A model generated the notes under the pieces. The model saw only the letters and a list, made by a program, of their open reading frames with translations. It searched no databases and had not been told where the DNA came from. This document shows, in pieces, positions 8,363 to 21,422 of a stretch of 45,920 nucleotides of DNA (position 1 is its first letter; each line of letters begins with the position of its first letter). Made by a program: the position numbers and the translations under genes. Source of the DNA: Burkholderiales bacterium (lineage in GTDB: Bacteria; Pseudomonadota; Gammaproteobacteria; Burkholderiales; Gallionellaceae); NCBI GenBank assembly GCA_038241165.1, contig JBBRFZ010000001.1, positions 1 to 45,920 on the forward strand, given 5' to 3'.

Positions 8363-10107
8363 TGAAGCTGACCGAATCCGGTTTGCGCACAGCCTGGTAT
8401 CTGTTGGCCTGCCTGCTGGCGGTGTTCATTTATTTCTACGGTCTCGACAGCCAGCACATCCCGAAGAACGGTGATGAGTATCCCTATGAACACATCACCC
8501 GGCTGACCGCCGCCAGCGGCAAACTGCTGCCGCTGCAGTCGCAACTGGACCACATGCGCAACACCAAGCCACCGCTGCTGTTCTGGCAGGGCATCGCTTC
8601 CACCGATCATGGCAGGAACTGGACGCTGTGGAATCTGCGTTACCCCAGTGTCCTCTATACATTGTTGACCGCTGCGATGCTGTTCATGCTCGGACGAAAG
8701 CTGACGGGCAGAGCCGGGACCGGCTTTATAGCCGCACTGACATTCCTGGCCTTTTTTACCACCTATCGTTTCGGCCGCCCGTTCCTGACCAATCCCCCCG
8801 AGGTGTTCTGGATATTCCTGCCATTCTTCGTGCTGCTGTATTGGCGACAGGCATTCGAGTCGCGCTGGCTGGTCCCGCTGTTGCTCGGCACCGGCATCGG
8901 CATCGGCTTCCTGTACAAATCGTTCGCGCTGGGCTTGCCCGTGACGTTCGGCCTTTCCGGTTGGTATTTGCACCAGCGCAACTTCAACATCAAGGAATTT
9001 CTGCGCAAGGATGCGCTGAAAGTGGCCATTGCGGTGTCGGTCGCGGTCGGGTTGTTCGCAATGTGGTTCGTGCTCGACCCGGATCCTCAGGCAGTGTGGA
9101 AGGAATTCGTGGTGGGCGAGAACGTCGGCAAGTTCGATTCTCATGGGAGCCTGTCGTTTGGATTTGGCTATCTGTCGAAACTGCTGTGGGGCGGTTCCAG
9201 TATCTGGACCTATGCGCTGGCCTTCCTGACCAATCCCGGGCTGCTCACTTTCCCGGTGATCGCCATGTTTGTGCTTGCCTATCAACGGCGCGGCCGGTTG
9301 AGCAGCGAGGAGAAATTGCTGTGGATATGGATTGCCGCAATGTTCCTGAGCTTTGCGCTGCCCAGCCAGCGTTCGGGCCGCTACCTGCTGGCTGCGATGC
9401 CTGCCGTGGCGTTGTTGTGTGCGCTGAACTGGCAGCAGATCGGCCGCAAGGCGTTCATCGTCAGCCTGGTATTGGCAGCCGCGCTGATTGCAGGAATCGC
9501 TTATCTGGCCGTGCATCTGCAGGCCGCCATGCCGGATGCGCAGTTGTATATGCTGCCGTTCTGGCTGCTGATCTGTGGTGCGGAACTATTGGCGCTGTTG
9601 GCCATAGGGCTGCCCGCCCTCACCCGCCCTTTGGTCAATGTCGTCGCATTGCTGGTGTTGCTGTGTTTTGCCGTTTTCCTGCGCCCGTTTGACGGTGCAT
9701 TGGGCAATTACAGTGCCGAAGTGCAGCGCCAAGCCAGCGGCAAGGTGGTCGGCGTACCGTGCAATTTCAGAGCCATGGATGAAGGCTATCGCTTCATGCT
9801 ACCCGGTGCCGAGATTCGTGGCTACAGCGAATATCAGCATCTCACCGCGAGCGAGCTGGCGACGCGTTATCCGATGTTCACGATACAGCTGGCGCTGGAT
9901 GACAGCATGCTGAACGGCGGCTGCAGCGGATGCCGGATCATCGGCCAGCGTCTTGATATCCGAGGGCGCCAGAGTTCGGCCGAGTTGAAGGAAATATTCC
10001 TGCATGGCAAGGTGTTCGAATATCTGTTCGTCAGGGAAGAGTTGATGGAATCGCCCCCGGGTGAAAAAACCTTGCCGCAGCAATTGCCCGCGCAGGTATG
10101 CCGCTGA
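8362..10107 (+). CDS. ArnT/PMT-like GT-C glycosyltransferase
   Basis: GDEYPY acidic motif, NTKPPLLFW, many TM segments, RYLLAAMPA. Confidence 0.8.
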   Translation: MKLTESGLRTAWYLLACLLAVFIYFYGLDSQHIPKNGDEYPYEHITRLTAASGKLLPLQSQLDHMRNTKPPLLFWQGIASTDHGRNWTLWNLRYPSVLYTLLTAAMLFMLGRKLTGRAGTGFIAALTFLAFFTTYRFGRPFLTNPPEVFWIFLPFFVLLYWRQAFESRWLVPLLLGTGIGIGFLYKSFALGLPVTFGLSGWYLHQRNFNIKEFLRKDALKVAIAVSVAVGLFAMWFVLDPDPQAVWKEFVVGENVGKFDSHGSLSFGFGYLSKLLWGGSSIWTYALAFLTNPGLLTFPVIAMFVLAYQRRGRLSSEEKLLWIWIAAMFLSFALPSQRSGRYLLAAMPAVALLCALNWQQIGRKAFIVSLVLAAALIAGIAYLAVHLQAAMPDAQLYMLPFWLLICGAELLALLAIGLPALTRPLVNVVALLVLLCFAVFLRPFDGALGNYSAEVQRQASGKVVGVPCNFRAMDEGYRFMLPGAEIRGYSEYQHLTASELATRYPMFTIQLALDDSMLNGGCSGCRIIGQRLDIRGRQSSAELKEIFLHGKVFEYLFVREELMESPPGEKTLPQQLPAQVCR

Positions 10108-11429
10108 TGATGTCTTCCGGTTATAAAAAAAATACGCGGCCCCTGCTTCTGGCACTGGTAGTAGTCGCGTTCGCTGCCGCTTTCTACAAAGTCGCGCATC
10201 ATCCGGGCGCGGCCACTTTTCAGATACCCGCCACCCTGAAAAAAAATGGTACGCCGCAAACCGGCAGCCGTACGCCGGAATTCCTCACCGATTTTGTCTC
10301 CACACAACAGAATATCTCCACCCATGCAGCGTCACTGGTCGAGTTGAGTGACGGCCGCCTCCGCGCCTTCTGGTTCGCCGGCAGCCGCGAGGGTGCGCCG
10401 GATGTGGTGATACGTACGGCGGTATTCGACCCGTCGAAACACACGTGGAGTCCGGAACGCAGTATCGTCAATCGGGTAGACACAGAGCACGCGTTGCTGC
10501 GCTATGTAAAAAAGATCGGCAACCCGGTGGCACAGCTCGGGGCGGATGGCAAGCTGTGGCTGTACTACGTGACCGTTTCGCTGGGCGGCTGGGCCGGCAG
10601 TTCGATTACCGCAATCACGTCGGCCGACGGCGGGGCAACCTGGAGTCAGCCGCGACGCCTGATCACCTCCCCTTTTATCAACATCAGCACACTGATAAAA
10701 GGGACGCCGTTCCTGTATAGCGACGGCACGATGGGACTGCCGGTCTACCACGAGTTTATCGGCAAATTCGGCGAACTGCTGCGCATAGATGACAAGGGCG
10801 GGATCATAGCCAAGCGGCGGTTGAGTGACGGGAAATCCACGCTCCAGCCGGTCATGTTGATAACGAGTCCACTTCATGCATTGGTGCTGATGCGTCGTTC
10901 CGGCAACAGCCCCAAGCGCGTGATCTCGACGTCAACCAATGATGCGGGGCAACATTGGTCCATGCCGATACCCACCACGTTGGACAATCCGGACGCCGCG
11001 ATTTCGGGCGTGGTATTGCCGGACGGGCGGATGCTGGTGGTACTGAACAACATCGATGACCTTCGCGACGAGTTGTCGCTGGTAGTTTCCGCGGATGGCG
11101 GTGCGAGTTGGAAAACGGTCTATCAGCTGGAAGACCAGCGTGGTCGACCCTCCGACCCTGTCGATTTCGAGCAAATTTCTGCCGGGCTGGCCAAGGCCAG
11201 CGATGCAGGCATCGCCGACGCAAGCAGCTATGCGAAGTCCGCGCAGCGCAACAAATGCATAGCACAGCATTGCGACTACGAGTTTTCCTACCCTTACCTG
11301 ATCCAGACGCGCAACGGCGATTTCGATCTCGTCTATACCTGGAACCGGAGTTTCATCAAACACGTCCGGTTCAACCGCGCCTGGCTGGATCAACGCATGG
11401 AAAAATCGAACGATGCCGAGCATCACTGA
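10107..11429 (+). CDS. BNR-repeat (Asp-box) sialidase-like protein
   Basis: N-terminal anchor; Asp boxes SADGGATW, TNDAGQHW, SADGGASW; WFAGSREG, EFSYPYL; start chosen at TGATG overlap. Confidence 0.82.
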   Translation: MMSSGYKKNTRPLLLALVVVAFAAAFYKVAHHPGAATFQIPATLKKNGTPQTGSRTPEFLTDFVSTQQNISTHAASLVELSDGRLRAFWFAGSREGAPDVVIRTAVFDPSKHTWSPERSIVNRVDTEHALLRYVKKIGNPVAQLGADGKLWLYYVTVSLGGWAGSSITAITSADGGATWSQPRRLITSPFINISTLIKGTPFLYSDGTMGLPVYHEFIGKFGELLRIDDKGGIIAKRRLSDGKSTLQPVMLITSPLHALVLMRRSGNSPKRVISTSTNDAGQHWSMPIPTTLDNPDAAISGVVLPDGRMLVVLNNIDDLRDELSLVVSADGGASWKTVYQLEDQRGRPSDPVDFEQISAGLAKASDAGIADASSYAKSAQRNKCIAQHCDYEFSYPYLIQTRNGDFDLVYTWNRSFIKHVRFNRAWLDQRMEKSNDAEHH

Positions 11430-12036
11430 CCTGACGGGACTGGCGGGTGTGGCCTACGCGACAGCGGCTGCGGCGTATTTTTTGCTGCTTGGGCTGTTGC
11501 CGGGAATCGGGAAACTGACCAGGTGGCGCGTGGCATCACTGCAGGGCACGGTGTTTGTGCTGATGTTGATCCCGCTCGGTGCCATGCCCTTCGCCGCGTA
11601 TCTGCGCGGCATGTCCGGCGACTTGAGCGTCACCACGCTGGTGCTGTTGTGCTGCGCGATGCTTCGTCCGTGGTGCGGTGCGGTTCAGGTCAGGCATCGG
11701 CTTGCGTTGTTAAGCCTGATCGCGATCGCCTCAATTGCGTTTTATCCGATGGCTTTGGGTGTTGGTGCATATGATCCCTATCAGCTGGGCTACGGCAATT
11801 GGCTGTTCGTGGCTGTGCTGCTGTTGCTTGCTCTGGCAACGTGGTTCCGGGGATATACGATGATTACGCTGTGTATTGCGTTGGCCACGCTGGCCTGGGC
11901 AGTTGGCTGGTATGAATCCGATAATCTCTGGGATTATTTGATCGACCCGTTCGCTGCTATCTACGCGCTGTGTGCCATTGCGATCCATGCAATAAAGCGT
12001 GTGATGAACCGACAGCAGGGCGCGACGAACAAATAA
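11413..12036 (+). CDS. Hypothetical integral membrane protein
   Basis: Hydrophobic; YLRGMSGDLS, YDPYQLGY, ESDNLWDYLIDP; overlaps the upstream gene. Confidence 0.75.
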   Translation: MPSITDLTGLAGVAYATAAAAYFLLLGLLPGIGKLTRWRVASLQGTVFVLMLIPLGAMPFAAYLRGMSGDLSVTTLVLLCCAMLRPWCGAVQVRHRLALLSLIAIASIAFYPMALGVGAYDPYQLGYGNWLFVAVLLLLALATWFRGYTMITLCIALATLAWAVGWYESDNLWDYLIDPFAAIYALCAIAIHAIKRVMNRQQGATNK

Positions 12037-12111
12037 TTCCGTTTCAAGGACTGCCAAGCATGGCGCGTGCAGGGATGCACGGCGATGCCGCTCCTGCAAG
12101 ATCAAGTGCTA

Positions 12112-12999
12112 CTATTTCCCCTGATCGTGCGGTACGGTGACCGTGGCGCTGGCCGTGGCCTTGTTGCCCGAGGCATCGGTGGCAGAATAAGTGAAGGTAT
12201 AGATGCGCCCAGCCATATTATTTCCATCGCGCTTGGCGGCCAATGAAAAACTCCGGTCGTCGCCGCCGAGTTGTGCATCCTGAATGTCGTTGGCAGCCAG
12301 CGTTTCATTGGCGGTGATGGATTCAAGTTTGATATCTGGCATGGGGTCGTAATCATCCTTTACCGCTATGGTCACAGTGACAGGCATCAGTTTGTTATTG
12401 GGCGGCCAGAGCGTGGCAGGACTTAGTATTATCGAGAGAGTGGGCGGCGTGGTGTCGAGCTTTTCCATCACGCCGTTGTAATACCAGGGATCATTTCCGT
12501 CGCCAAAACCAGCCGAAAAGTGGCCGGTTAGATATGCCTCATCATAGGTTGGCACAGTGATACTGAAGCTTAAAGTTTGACCCGGTTGAAGAGGGAGCTG
12601 CGGAGATGGTGGACGACGCCATTCAAAGAAAAGTCCACCGTCCTGAATTTGAATCACCGTCCCGGTCCAGCCGGTAGGCGCTGAAATTGAAGCAGGGTTA
12701 ACTTTTGTATTGATAATCATATCGGTGCCCACCGGAAAGACGTTGAGTTCTCCACTATCTCGGGTTGTATCGGTCGATTCACCTTGATCGGTGTCCTCAG
12801 CTATAGTAATAGTCATTACATCTCGGTTACCGTTGTTAGTCATTTGCTGCTGGTAGACGATGTTGCCGCCGATATGCTGACCGTAGGATTTAACCACTAC
12901 CGGTGGCTGTTGCGCCAGTACGGCATGATTAATATTTGCAAGCAGAAATACGGCCAGTGGTAAAAGGTAGCGAGATGATTTATTAAATTTATGTATCAT
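12112..12999 (-). CDS. Secreted protein with C-terminal LWPPN-type Ig-like domain (candidate immunity/partner protein)
   Basis: GAGGA SD before ATG 12999; signal peptide ending HAVLA; C-terminal DTTPPTL..LWPPNNK...GRIYTFTYSATDASGN...VTVPHD. Confidence 0.7.
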   Translation of the reverse strand: MIHKFNKSSRYLLPLAVFLLANINHAVLAQQPPVVVKSYGQHIGGNIVYQQQMTNNGNRDVMTITIAEDTDQGESTDTTRDSGELNVFPVGTDMIINTKVNPASISAPTGWTGTVIQIQDGGLFFEWRRPPSPQLPLQPGQTLSFSITVPTYDEAYLTGHFSAGFGDGNDPWYYNGVMEKLDTTPPTLSIILSPATLWPPNNKLMPVTVTIAVKDDYDPMPDIKLESITANETLAANDIQDAQLGGDDRSFSLAAKRDGNNMAGRIYTFTYSATDASGNKATASATVTVPHDQGK

Positions 13000-13015
13000 G
13001 GCGTCGATCCTCGTA

Positions 13016-14175
13016 TTAGGGTGCATAAAAATGCACAAAATCCTTATTCGTTTTAAATGTTCCGCCCCAGATCAAATTGCAGTTGGTGGGCGCATCCAGA
13101 AACTGCGAAATGGTTTCGGGTGGGCTTCGCAAATTCAGTGCAGCTTGCAGTGGCGCGACGGTGTAATAGTCACTGGCATCAAAAGCTTTGCCTTGAGTAT
13201 GTTGCGCATCATTTGGGCTAGGTGAGGCCGGCATGCTTTTGATACAATGGCTGCGTTGCCCCTCAGCAGATGCAGTTTCACAACTATCACTTGAATATGG
13301 GCCTGCGTTATTGCAACCCTTTTCTGCGGCAATCTCAGATCTTCGGGCGGCGCAAGCATTTTTCTGGACCGGGTCATCGTCCAAAGCTACCAACGCTTTC
13401 ATCTTGTCCCATATTTCCCTGAGATGTGCCTGATAAGCAATATCGCGAATATCCGAGGTAATCTTCAGGGGGATAGGATTTCCACTGACAATATCATTAG
13501 TGTGGGAAAGTTTATCGCTAAAACAGGCAATCCCATCTTTCAGTTCGGGCGTTAATGAGCCACACGCAGCATCCTTTTGTGCCTGGGTCGAGTGTATGTT
13601 TTCCAATACTTGTGCACAGACATCGTCTGCAGGCAGCGGTTTTAATTCAGACACCTTGCAATCGACAACAGGGACACAACTTTGTCCTGACGAGTCGGGC
13701 ATGAAATTGTCGTTGCAAGTACATGTGGTGCCGTTTGGTTGTGAATTGGCCGGACACGCCAAGTTCGTGGAAATATTAAAATCATCTACCTTCGGCCCAT
13801 CGCAAATTTTGTAGTTAATGGGACAACAAGTCCATCCGGCGGCGTTAATTCCGCCCCGATAGTAGGTGATATGGAAAACGTCAACGTATGAGCTTGATGG
13901 GCCGAATCGGTAAGGACTGCGGTGGGACAGGAAAGCGGCTCGGGCGGCAAGTTATTGGGGTTGCTGTTCAAACCGCTTAAATCATCGGCAAGCCATTTGT
14001 CATGCATGGCCAACATGCAGTCTTGCACTTCCTTGAGCGAAGACAAGCCGGAGCAGTTATAGCCGCTGCTGTTCCAGCCCCCGTAATAAATCGTTGCAAG
14101 GTTCACCGTGCCGGACGGACTGTCCCATACGTTCGAGGTAGCTGTCAATAACCATAAAACAGGGCGTTTGTCCAT
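13016..14175 (-). pseudogene. Frameshifted Cys-rich protein with C-terminal M15-like Zn peptidase domain
   Basis: ITSDIRDIAYQAHL, HTQGKAFD, WGGTF..KDFVHF; the frame of ORF 13016-13762 stays open upstream to ~13950 and overlaps ORF 13786-14175 in another frame. Confidence 0.6.
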
Positions 14176-14318
14176 TATCCACTGCTTCGTTTGTGGTGGA
14201 TTTTGAGATTTAACAGAAATGCAGTTTCCAACAGTGCGTATTCTCTAACCATATGGGTTCCGCTATGATGGTTTTATAGGAGGTGCATCCCTCTCAAATC
14301 CTGAGGTTGAATCGAGCC

Positions 14319-15962
14319 ATGTTTTCCATACCAAAAATATTTGAAGGGAAACCGGACCATCCCCTGTTCAATGTGAAGGAGGCCGGGAGGTTGCTGGCTG
14401 AATTGCCGAAAGACGAGCCTTTCAGGGCAATCGAAGAAATCACTGCCTGGCTGGATTCTGTAAAAGATGTACCCGGTTTTCGCCCCGAGGTGCGCGCGAA
14501 AATCATCATGCTACTGGATGAAGCGGGCCAGCTTCTATATGCGGGGTTGCAGCATCTCTATCTCGGCGCACCGCATTTGCAGGATTTCAGGGGCAAACAT
14601 CTGTGGCAGGGCCTGCACGGATTTGCAAAGGCATTGTCCGAGGCATATGCCGTGTGTGTTGATGAATATCGGCAGACAGAAAAAACGTCATTCGATCACA
14701 AGGAACTCATGCCGGTCATTTGCGTCAGGTCGCTGCGCGCGGTTGCCGAGCAGATGAAGCTGCAGTTGATGCACTATGTGGACATTGAGCAGACGGTCTG
14801 GGACCGGTTGTGCAGTTGTTACAATTTTGCCGAAGCCAGCCAGTTTGCCGACAGCATGGTTTTCGCTTACCCCAAACAGGTGATCCATATTAGTTCGCAA
14901 CGCGAGTTGTTGCGGGCGCTGATGCTTTATGTATCGTCGCCCGGCACGCTGGCGCCGGACCAGATCGAGGTGTGTTTTCGCATCGCCGGGCGCATGGTGA
15001 GTTTTTTCGATTTCAGGGACGCGCCCGAGCCGGATTGTGCATATTATTTCGATCTGGCCAAGCCGGGCGTCCCGAGGCGTGTCGATGAAAATCTCCAGAT
15101 AACATCTACGATGCGCTTTTTCGGGGCTTACAAGGCCGTCCCAAAAGTAGCGGAGATCATCGCCCAGCATGAGCACGGCCAGATCCGGCAAGAACAACGC
15201 TTCGGCAGTGAGTTCACGCCGGCGGGGAAATTGACCGTGCTCAAGCATTTGCAGTTGTACTGGGGCAAGGAACAGAAGCATCGCCTTCAGCAGCGCAGAG
15301 GCATCCATTCCGTCATTGATGTGATCCACAGTTTCCGGACGATCAGCAGGCTGGTTGTGCGCATGGATATCGATAATGCGCAGAACATATCCGAAAAAGA
15401 TGCTGCCGCGTTGAAAGAACGTTCAGGCATCAATCTTATCGCTGATAACGACGAGATTGATTACACCACCGAAAACTGGATCGTGACGGATTTGAGCGTC
15501 GATGGAATCGGCGGGACGATACCGAACAACGGGGGGGATTGGGTCAAGATCGGCGACCTGTGCGGTCTCAGGGCCGAAAACGGTACGACATGGTGGATCG
15601 GTATGATACGGCGGCTGCATGCCGATACCGGGGGTGCGGTGCATGTGGGTATCGAAATGCTCGCAAAGAAACCGCTGTCGGTATGGCTGCGTACGCTTGG
15701 CAAGGGCACCGAAAAAGTGTCCAACTGGGAGACCAGTTCCAGCTCCTTTAAATACGATTACCGGGCGGCGATCCTGTTGCCCGATGCGAGCAACTCGTAT
15801 GCAAACGCCACGATGCTAATGGAATCGGGCAGTTATGTGCCGGATACTCTTTATGAAGTGATGCTTGGAGAAAAAAGCCGTGATATCGAGCTTACCGGGT
15901 TGCTGGCAGAGGGCGAAGACTACGAGCAAATCGGCTTTAAGTGGCTCAATACTGCACACTGA
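14319..15962 (+). CDS. Hypothetical protein with C-terminal PilZ-like motifs (FimW-like c-di-GMP receptor candidate)
   Basis: RLQQR (RxxxR) and DLSVDG (D/NxSxxG), WWIGMIRRL..VGIEML; helical N-terminus. Confidence 0.6.
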   Translation: MFSIPKIFEGKPDHPLFNVKEAGRLLAELPKDEPFRAIEEITAWLDSVKDVPGFRPEVRAKIIMLLDEAGQLLYAGLQHLYLGAPHLQDFRGKHLWQGLHGFAKALSEAYAVCVDEYRQTEKTSFDHKELMPVICVRSLRAVAEQMKLQLMHYVDIEQTVWDRLCSCYNFAEASQFADSMVFAYPKQVIHISSQRELLRALMLYVSSPGTLAPDQIEVCFRIAGRMVSFFDFRDAPEPDCAYYFDLAKPGVPRRVDENLQITSTMRFFGAYKAVPKVAEIIAQHEHGQIRQEQRFGSEFTPAGKLTVLKHLQLYWGKEQKHRLQQRRGIHSVIDVIHSFRTISRLVVRMDIDNAQNISEKDAAALKERSGINLIADNDEIDYTTENWIVTDLSVDGIGGTIPNNGGDWVKIGDLCGLRAENGTTWWIGMIRRLHADTGGAVHVGIEMLAKKPLSVWLRTLGKGTEKVSNWETSSSSFKYDYRAAILLPDASNSYANATMLMESGSYVPDTLYEVMLGEKSRDIELTGLLAEGEDYEQIGFKWLNTAH

Positions 15963-16010
15963 TTGGGCAGGCGATGCATGAGCGTACCTGCGCCGGGGAG
16001 CATCAGCCAG

Positions 16011-16388
16011 TCAACCCAGCGCCTGGTAAATAACCAGACCCCAAACCACCAGCGCATTCACAATACTCAAGAATACTGCCGCACTGGCGATGTCCTTTGC
16101 GCGTTTGGCTAACGGGTGCCGTTCCCGCGAGGTGTGATCCACTGCCGTTTCAAGTGCGGAATTGAGCAGTTCGACGATCAATACCAGCAGGATGCTGGCG
16201 ATCATCATGACCCTGCCGATCGGGCTGGCTGGCAGCAGCAACGCGGCAGGTATCGCGATCACTGCAACCAGTACTTCCTGGCGGAAAGCATCTTCGTGTT
16301 GCCATGCTGCGCGCAGGCCCTGCAGCGCAATCCCGGTTGCACGCCAGGCGTGGGTCAAACCGGGGCGATGTTTATTGGGGCTTTCCAC
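16011..16388 (-). CDS. dgkA: Diacylglycerol kinase
   Basis: GLRAAWQHEDAFRQE, VELLNSALETAVD, AKRAKDIASAAV; GTG start at 16388. Confidence 0.92.
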   Translation of the reverse strand: MESPNKHRPGLTHAWRATGIALQGLRAAWQHEDAFRQEVLVAVIAIPAALLLPASPIGRVMMIASILLVLIVELLNSALETAVDHTSRERHPLAKRAKDIASAAVFLSIVNALVVWGLVIYQALG

Positions 16389-16405
16389 GCGCAGGACGGC
16401 CTGTA

Positions 16406-19282
<2,877 letters not shown>

Positions 19283-19332
19283 TTGGAATAGAGAAGTGAC
19301 AGGTTTAAAGATACGGGGAAACAAGGGTGACG

Positions 19333-19364
19333 GGATCGATTACTTGGTTTCGAGTAATCGATCC
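19333..19364. other. Intercistronic 12-bp perfect hairpin between gcvH and gcvP
   Basis: GGATCGATTACT-8nt-AGTAATCGATCC, no U-tract. Confidence 0.65.
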
Positions 19365-19377
19365 TGGCGCTAGCTTT

Positions 19378-19767
19378 TTAATGTGCTTCGCTATCCACTA
19401 CCGTCTGATAGGCTTTGGCATCCATCAGCGCGGCCACATCTGCAGGATTGTCGGGCGTCATTCTGAATAGCCAGGTGTTGAACGGATCGGTGTTGATGGC
19501 TTCCGGCGTGCTGTCCAGCTCGCCGTTTGCCGCCGTCACCACGCCGTTCACCGGCGCATAAATGTCTGCCGCCGCCTTTACCGATTCCACTACCGCACAT
19601 TCTTCCCTGGCCTTGAGTTTGCGGCCGACAATGGGTGTTTCCACAAACACCATATCGCCCAGCAATTCCTGCGCATGCTGGGTGATGCCGACGCTGATGG
19701 TACCGTCGGATTCGGTTTTGACCCATTCGTGGGATGAGGTGTATTTAAGATCTGCCGGATTGCTCAT
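19378..19767 (-). CDS. gcvH: Glycine cleavage H protein
   Basis: SHEW, GITQHAQELLGD, lipoyl motif VESVKAAAD. Confidence 0.95.
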   Translation of the reverse strand: MSNPADLKYTSSHEWVKTESDGTISVGITQHAQELLGDMVFVETPIVGRKLKAREECAVVESVKAAADIYAPVNGVVTAANGELDSTPEAINTDPFNTWLFRMTPDNPADVAALMDAKAYQTVVDSEAH

Positions 19768-19822
19768 TTAAAACTCCTTAATATTCGTAAGATGTAAAGA
19801 CGTAAGTTGCTGCCGCACGATT

Positions 19823-20923
19823 TTAACTAACGACTTGCGTTTCCAGACAGCTTTTACCCTTGCGCGCAAAGGGATACTTGACAACTTTTGCCGTGAGCAT
19901 TTTATCGCGAATCTCAACTTGTACGGTGTCACCGACCTGCACATCTTTGGGTACCCGCGCCAGCGCGATGGATTTTTCCAGCGTTGGCGAGAAACTCCCG
20001 CTGGTGATCTCTCCTGCACCGTGGGCAGTATGCACTGCCTGGTGACCGCGCAGCACGCCGCGATCCAGCAGCAACAGGCCAACCAGCTTGCGTGTCGGCG
20101 GATTGGCCAGCAGTGCCGCCTTGCCGATAAAATCACGTTCGCTCTTCAAGTCGGTCGTCCAGGCCAGCCCGGCTTCCAGCGGGTTAATGGCTTCGTCCAT
20201 ATCCTGACCGTAGAGATTCATGCCCGCCTCAAGGCGCAATGTATCGCGCGCGCCCAGGCCGATCGGCTTTACGCCCTTTTCGGCGAGCGATGCCCAGAAG
20301 AAGGGTGCCGCCTTGGCCGGAACCATGATCTCGAATCCGTCTTCGCCGGTATAGCCGGTCCGCGCGATGAACATCACGCCCATCTCAACTGCGCTGAAAG
20401 GAATCAGGCTTTCGGTCAATTCACGGCTGCCGGGTAGCGCCTCCCAGACCTTCGCGCGCGCGTTCGGGCCCTGTACCGCGACCATCGCCAGTTCGGGGTG
20501 GTCTGTGATGACCAGTTCCGGCGAGTGTTGCGCGGCCTGCTGTTTCATCCAGGCGATATCCTTGTCGGCCGTGCCCGCGTTCACCACGATGCGGAACCAT
20601 TCCTCATTCATGAAGTACACGATCAGGTCGTCGATCACTCCGCCGTTTTCAAGCAACATGCAGGAATACAGTGCCTTGCCGGGTAGCGTGAGCTTGTCAA
20701 CGTTGTTTGCAAGCAGATAGCGCAAAAAGCCGCGCACCCCTGCCCCCTTCAGGTCCACCACGCGCATGTGAGACACGTCGAACATGCCGCAATCGTTCCG
20801 CACCTGATGGTGTTCGTCGATTTGCGAGCCGTAGTTCACCGGCATGTCCCAGCCGCCAAAATCGACCATCTTTGCGCCCATCGCGCGGTGTGCTGCATTT
20901 AACGGTGTTTGCTTTAGCGTCAT
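19823..20923 (-). CDS. gcvT: Glycine cleavage aminomethyltransferase T
   Basis: [40 protein letters not shown]. Confidence 0.96.
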   Translation of the reverse strand: MTLKQTPLNAAHRAMGAKMVDFGGWDMPVNYGSQIDEHHQVRNDCGMFDVSHMRVVDLKGAGVRGFLRYLLANNVDKLTLPGKALYSCMLLENGGVIDDLIVYFMNEEWFRIVVNAGTADKDIAWMKQQAAQHSPELVITDHPELAMVAVQGPNARAKVWEALPGSRELTESLIPFSAVEMGVMFIARTGYTGEDGFEIMVPAKAAPFFWASLAEKGVKPIGLGARDTLRLEAGMNLYGQDMDEAINPLEAGLAWTTDLKSERDFIGKAALLANPPTRKLVGLLLLDRGVLRGHQAVHTAHGAGEITSGSFSPTLEKSIALARVPKDVQVGDTVQVEIRDKMLTAKVVKYPFARKGKSCLETQVVS

Positions 20924-20958
20924 TGCTTCCCCAATCATTAATGTGGGGGAATTTTCGA

Positions 20959-21077
20959 TAACCGTTGCGAGCGGTTAATATGCGAGAAGCCGCGCAGCGA
21001 GACACGAGACATATCTGGTCAGATAGGCGAGTGGCGAGCGAGCACGCGACAATGCAACTTAACCGCGCAGTAGGTTA
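20959..21077. mobile_element. ~120-bp MITE-like element with terminal inverted repeats in the gcvT leader
   Basis: Left TAACCGTTGCGAGCGGTTAA, right TTAACCGCGCAGTAGGTTA (reverse complement TAACCTACTGCGCGGTTAA). Confidence 0.6.
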
Positions 21078-21097
21078 GCGGGAGTTCCCTAGTGCTG

Positions 21098-21310
21098 CGC
21101 CCCATCTGTCCTTTATACCTGAGAGATTGCAACTCGCGTTGTGTGCCCCTTCGGTGGCTGGATGACCCAACACTCTCCAGATTTGCCTGCGCCAATAGTT
21201 CATGAGCCTGAGCGGTTGCGGGTGTTGCGCCTTCGGCGGTGTCGCAGTATTTGAAAAGACGATAACTATGTCTTTGCAAAGAGACTGTTTGACACTCTCT
21301 CCCATTGGTC
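21098..21310 (-). ncRNA. Tandem glycine riboswitch
   Basis: Minus strand GGGAGAG...CCGAAGGCGCAA...CTCAGG, then CTGGAGAG...CCGAAGGGGCA...TCTCTCAGG...GGACAGATGGGG; upstream of gcvT. Confidence 0.9.
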
Positions 21311-21422
21311 TGATCGACGGGCGGAATATACCGGAAAGCACTTGTACTGACAAATACCAAATTGCTGGCCGGGGATGCGTTTGTCGGGTGACTTCAGACC
21401 CGTGAACCGGTCCGGTTAAGCG

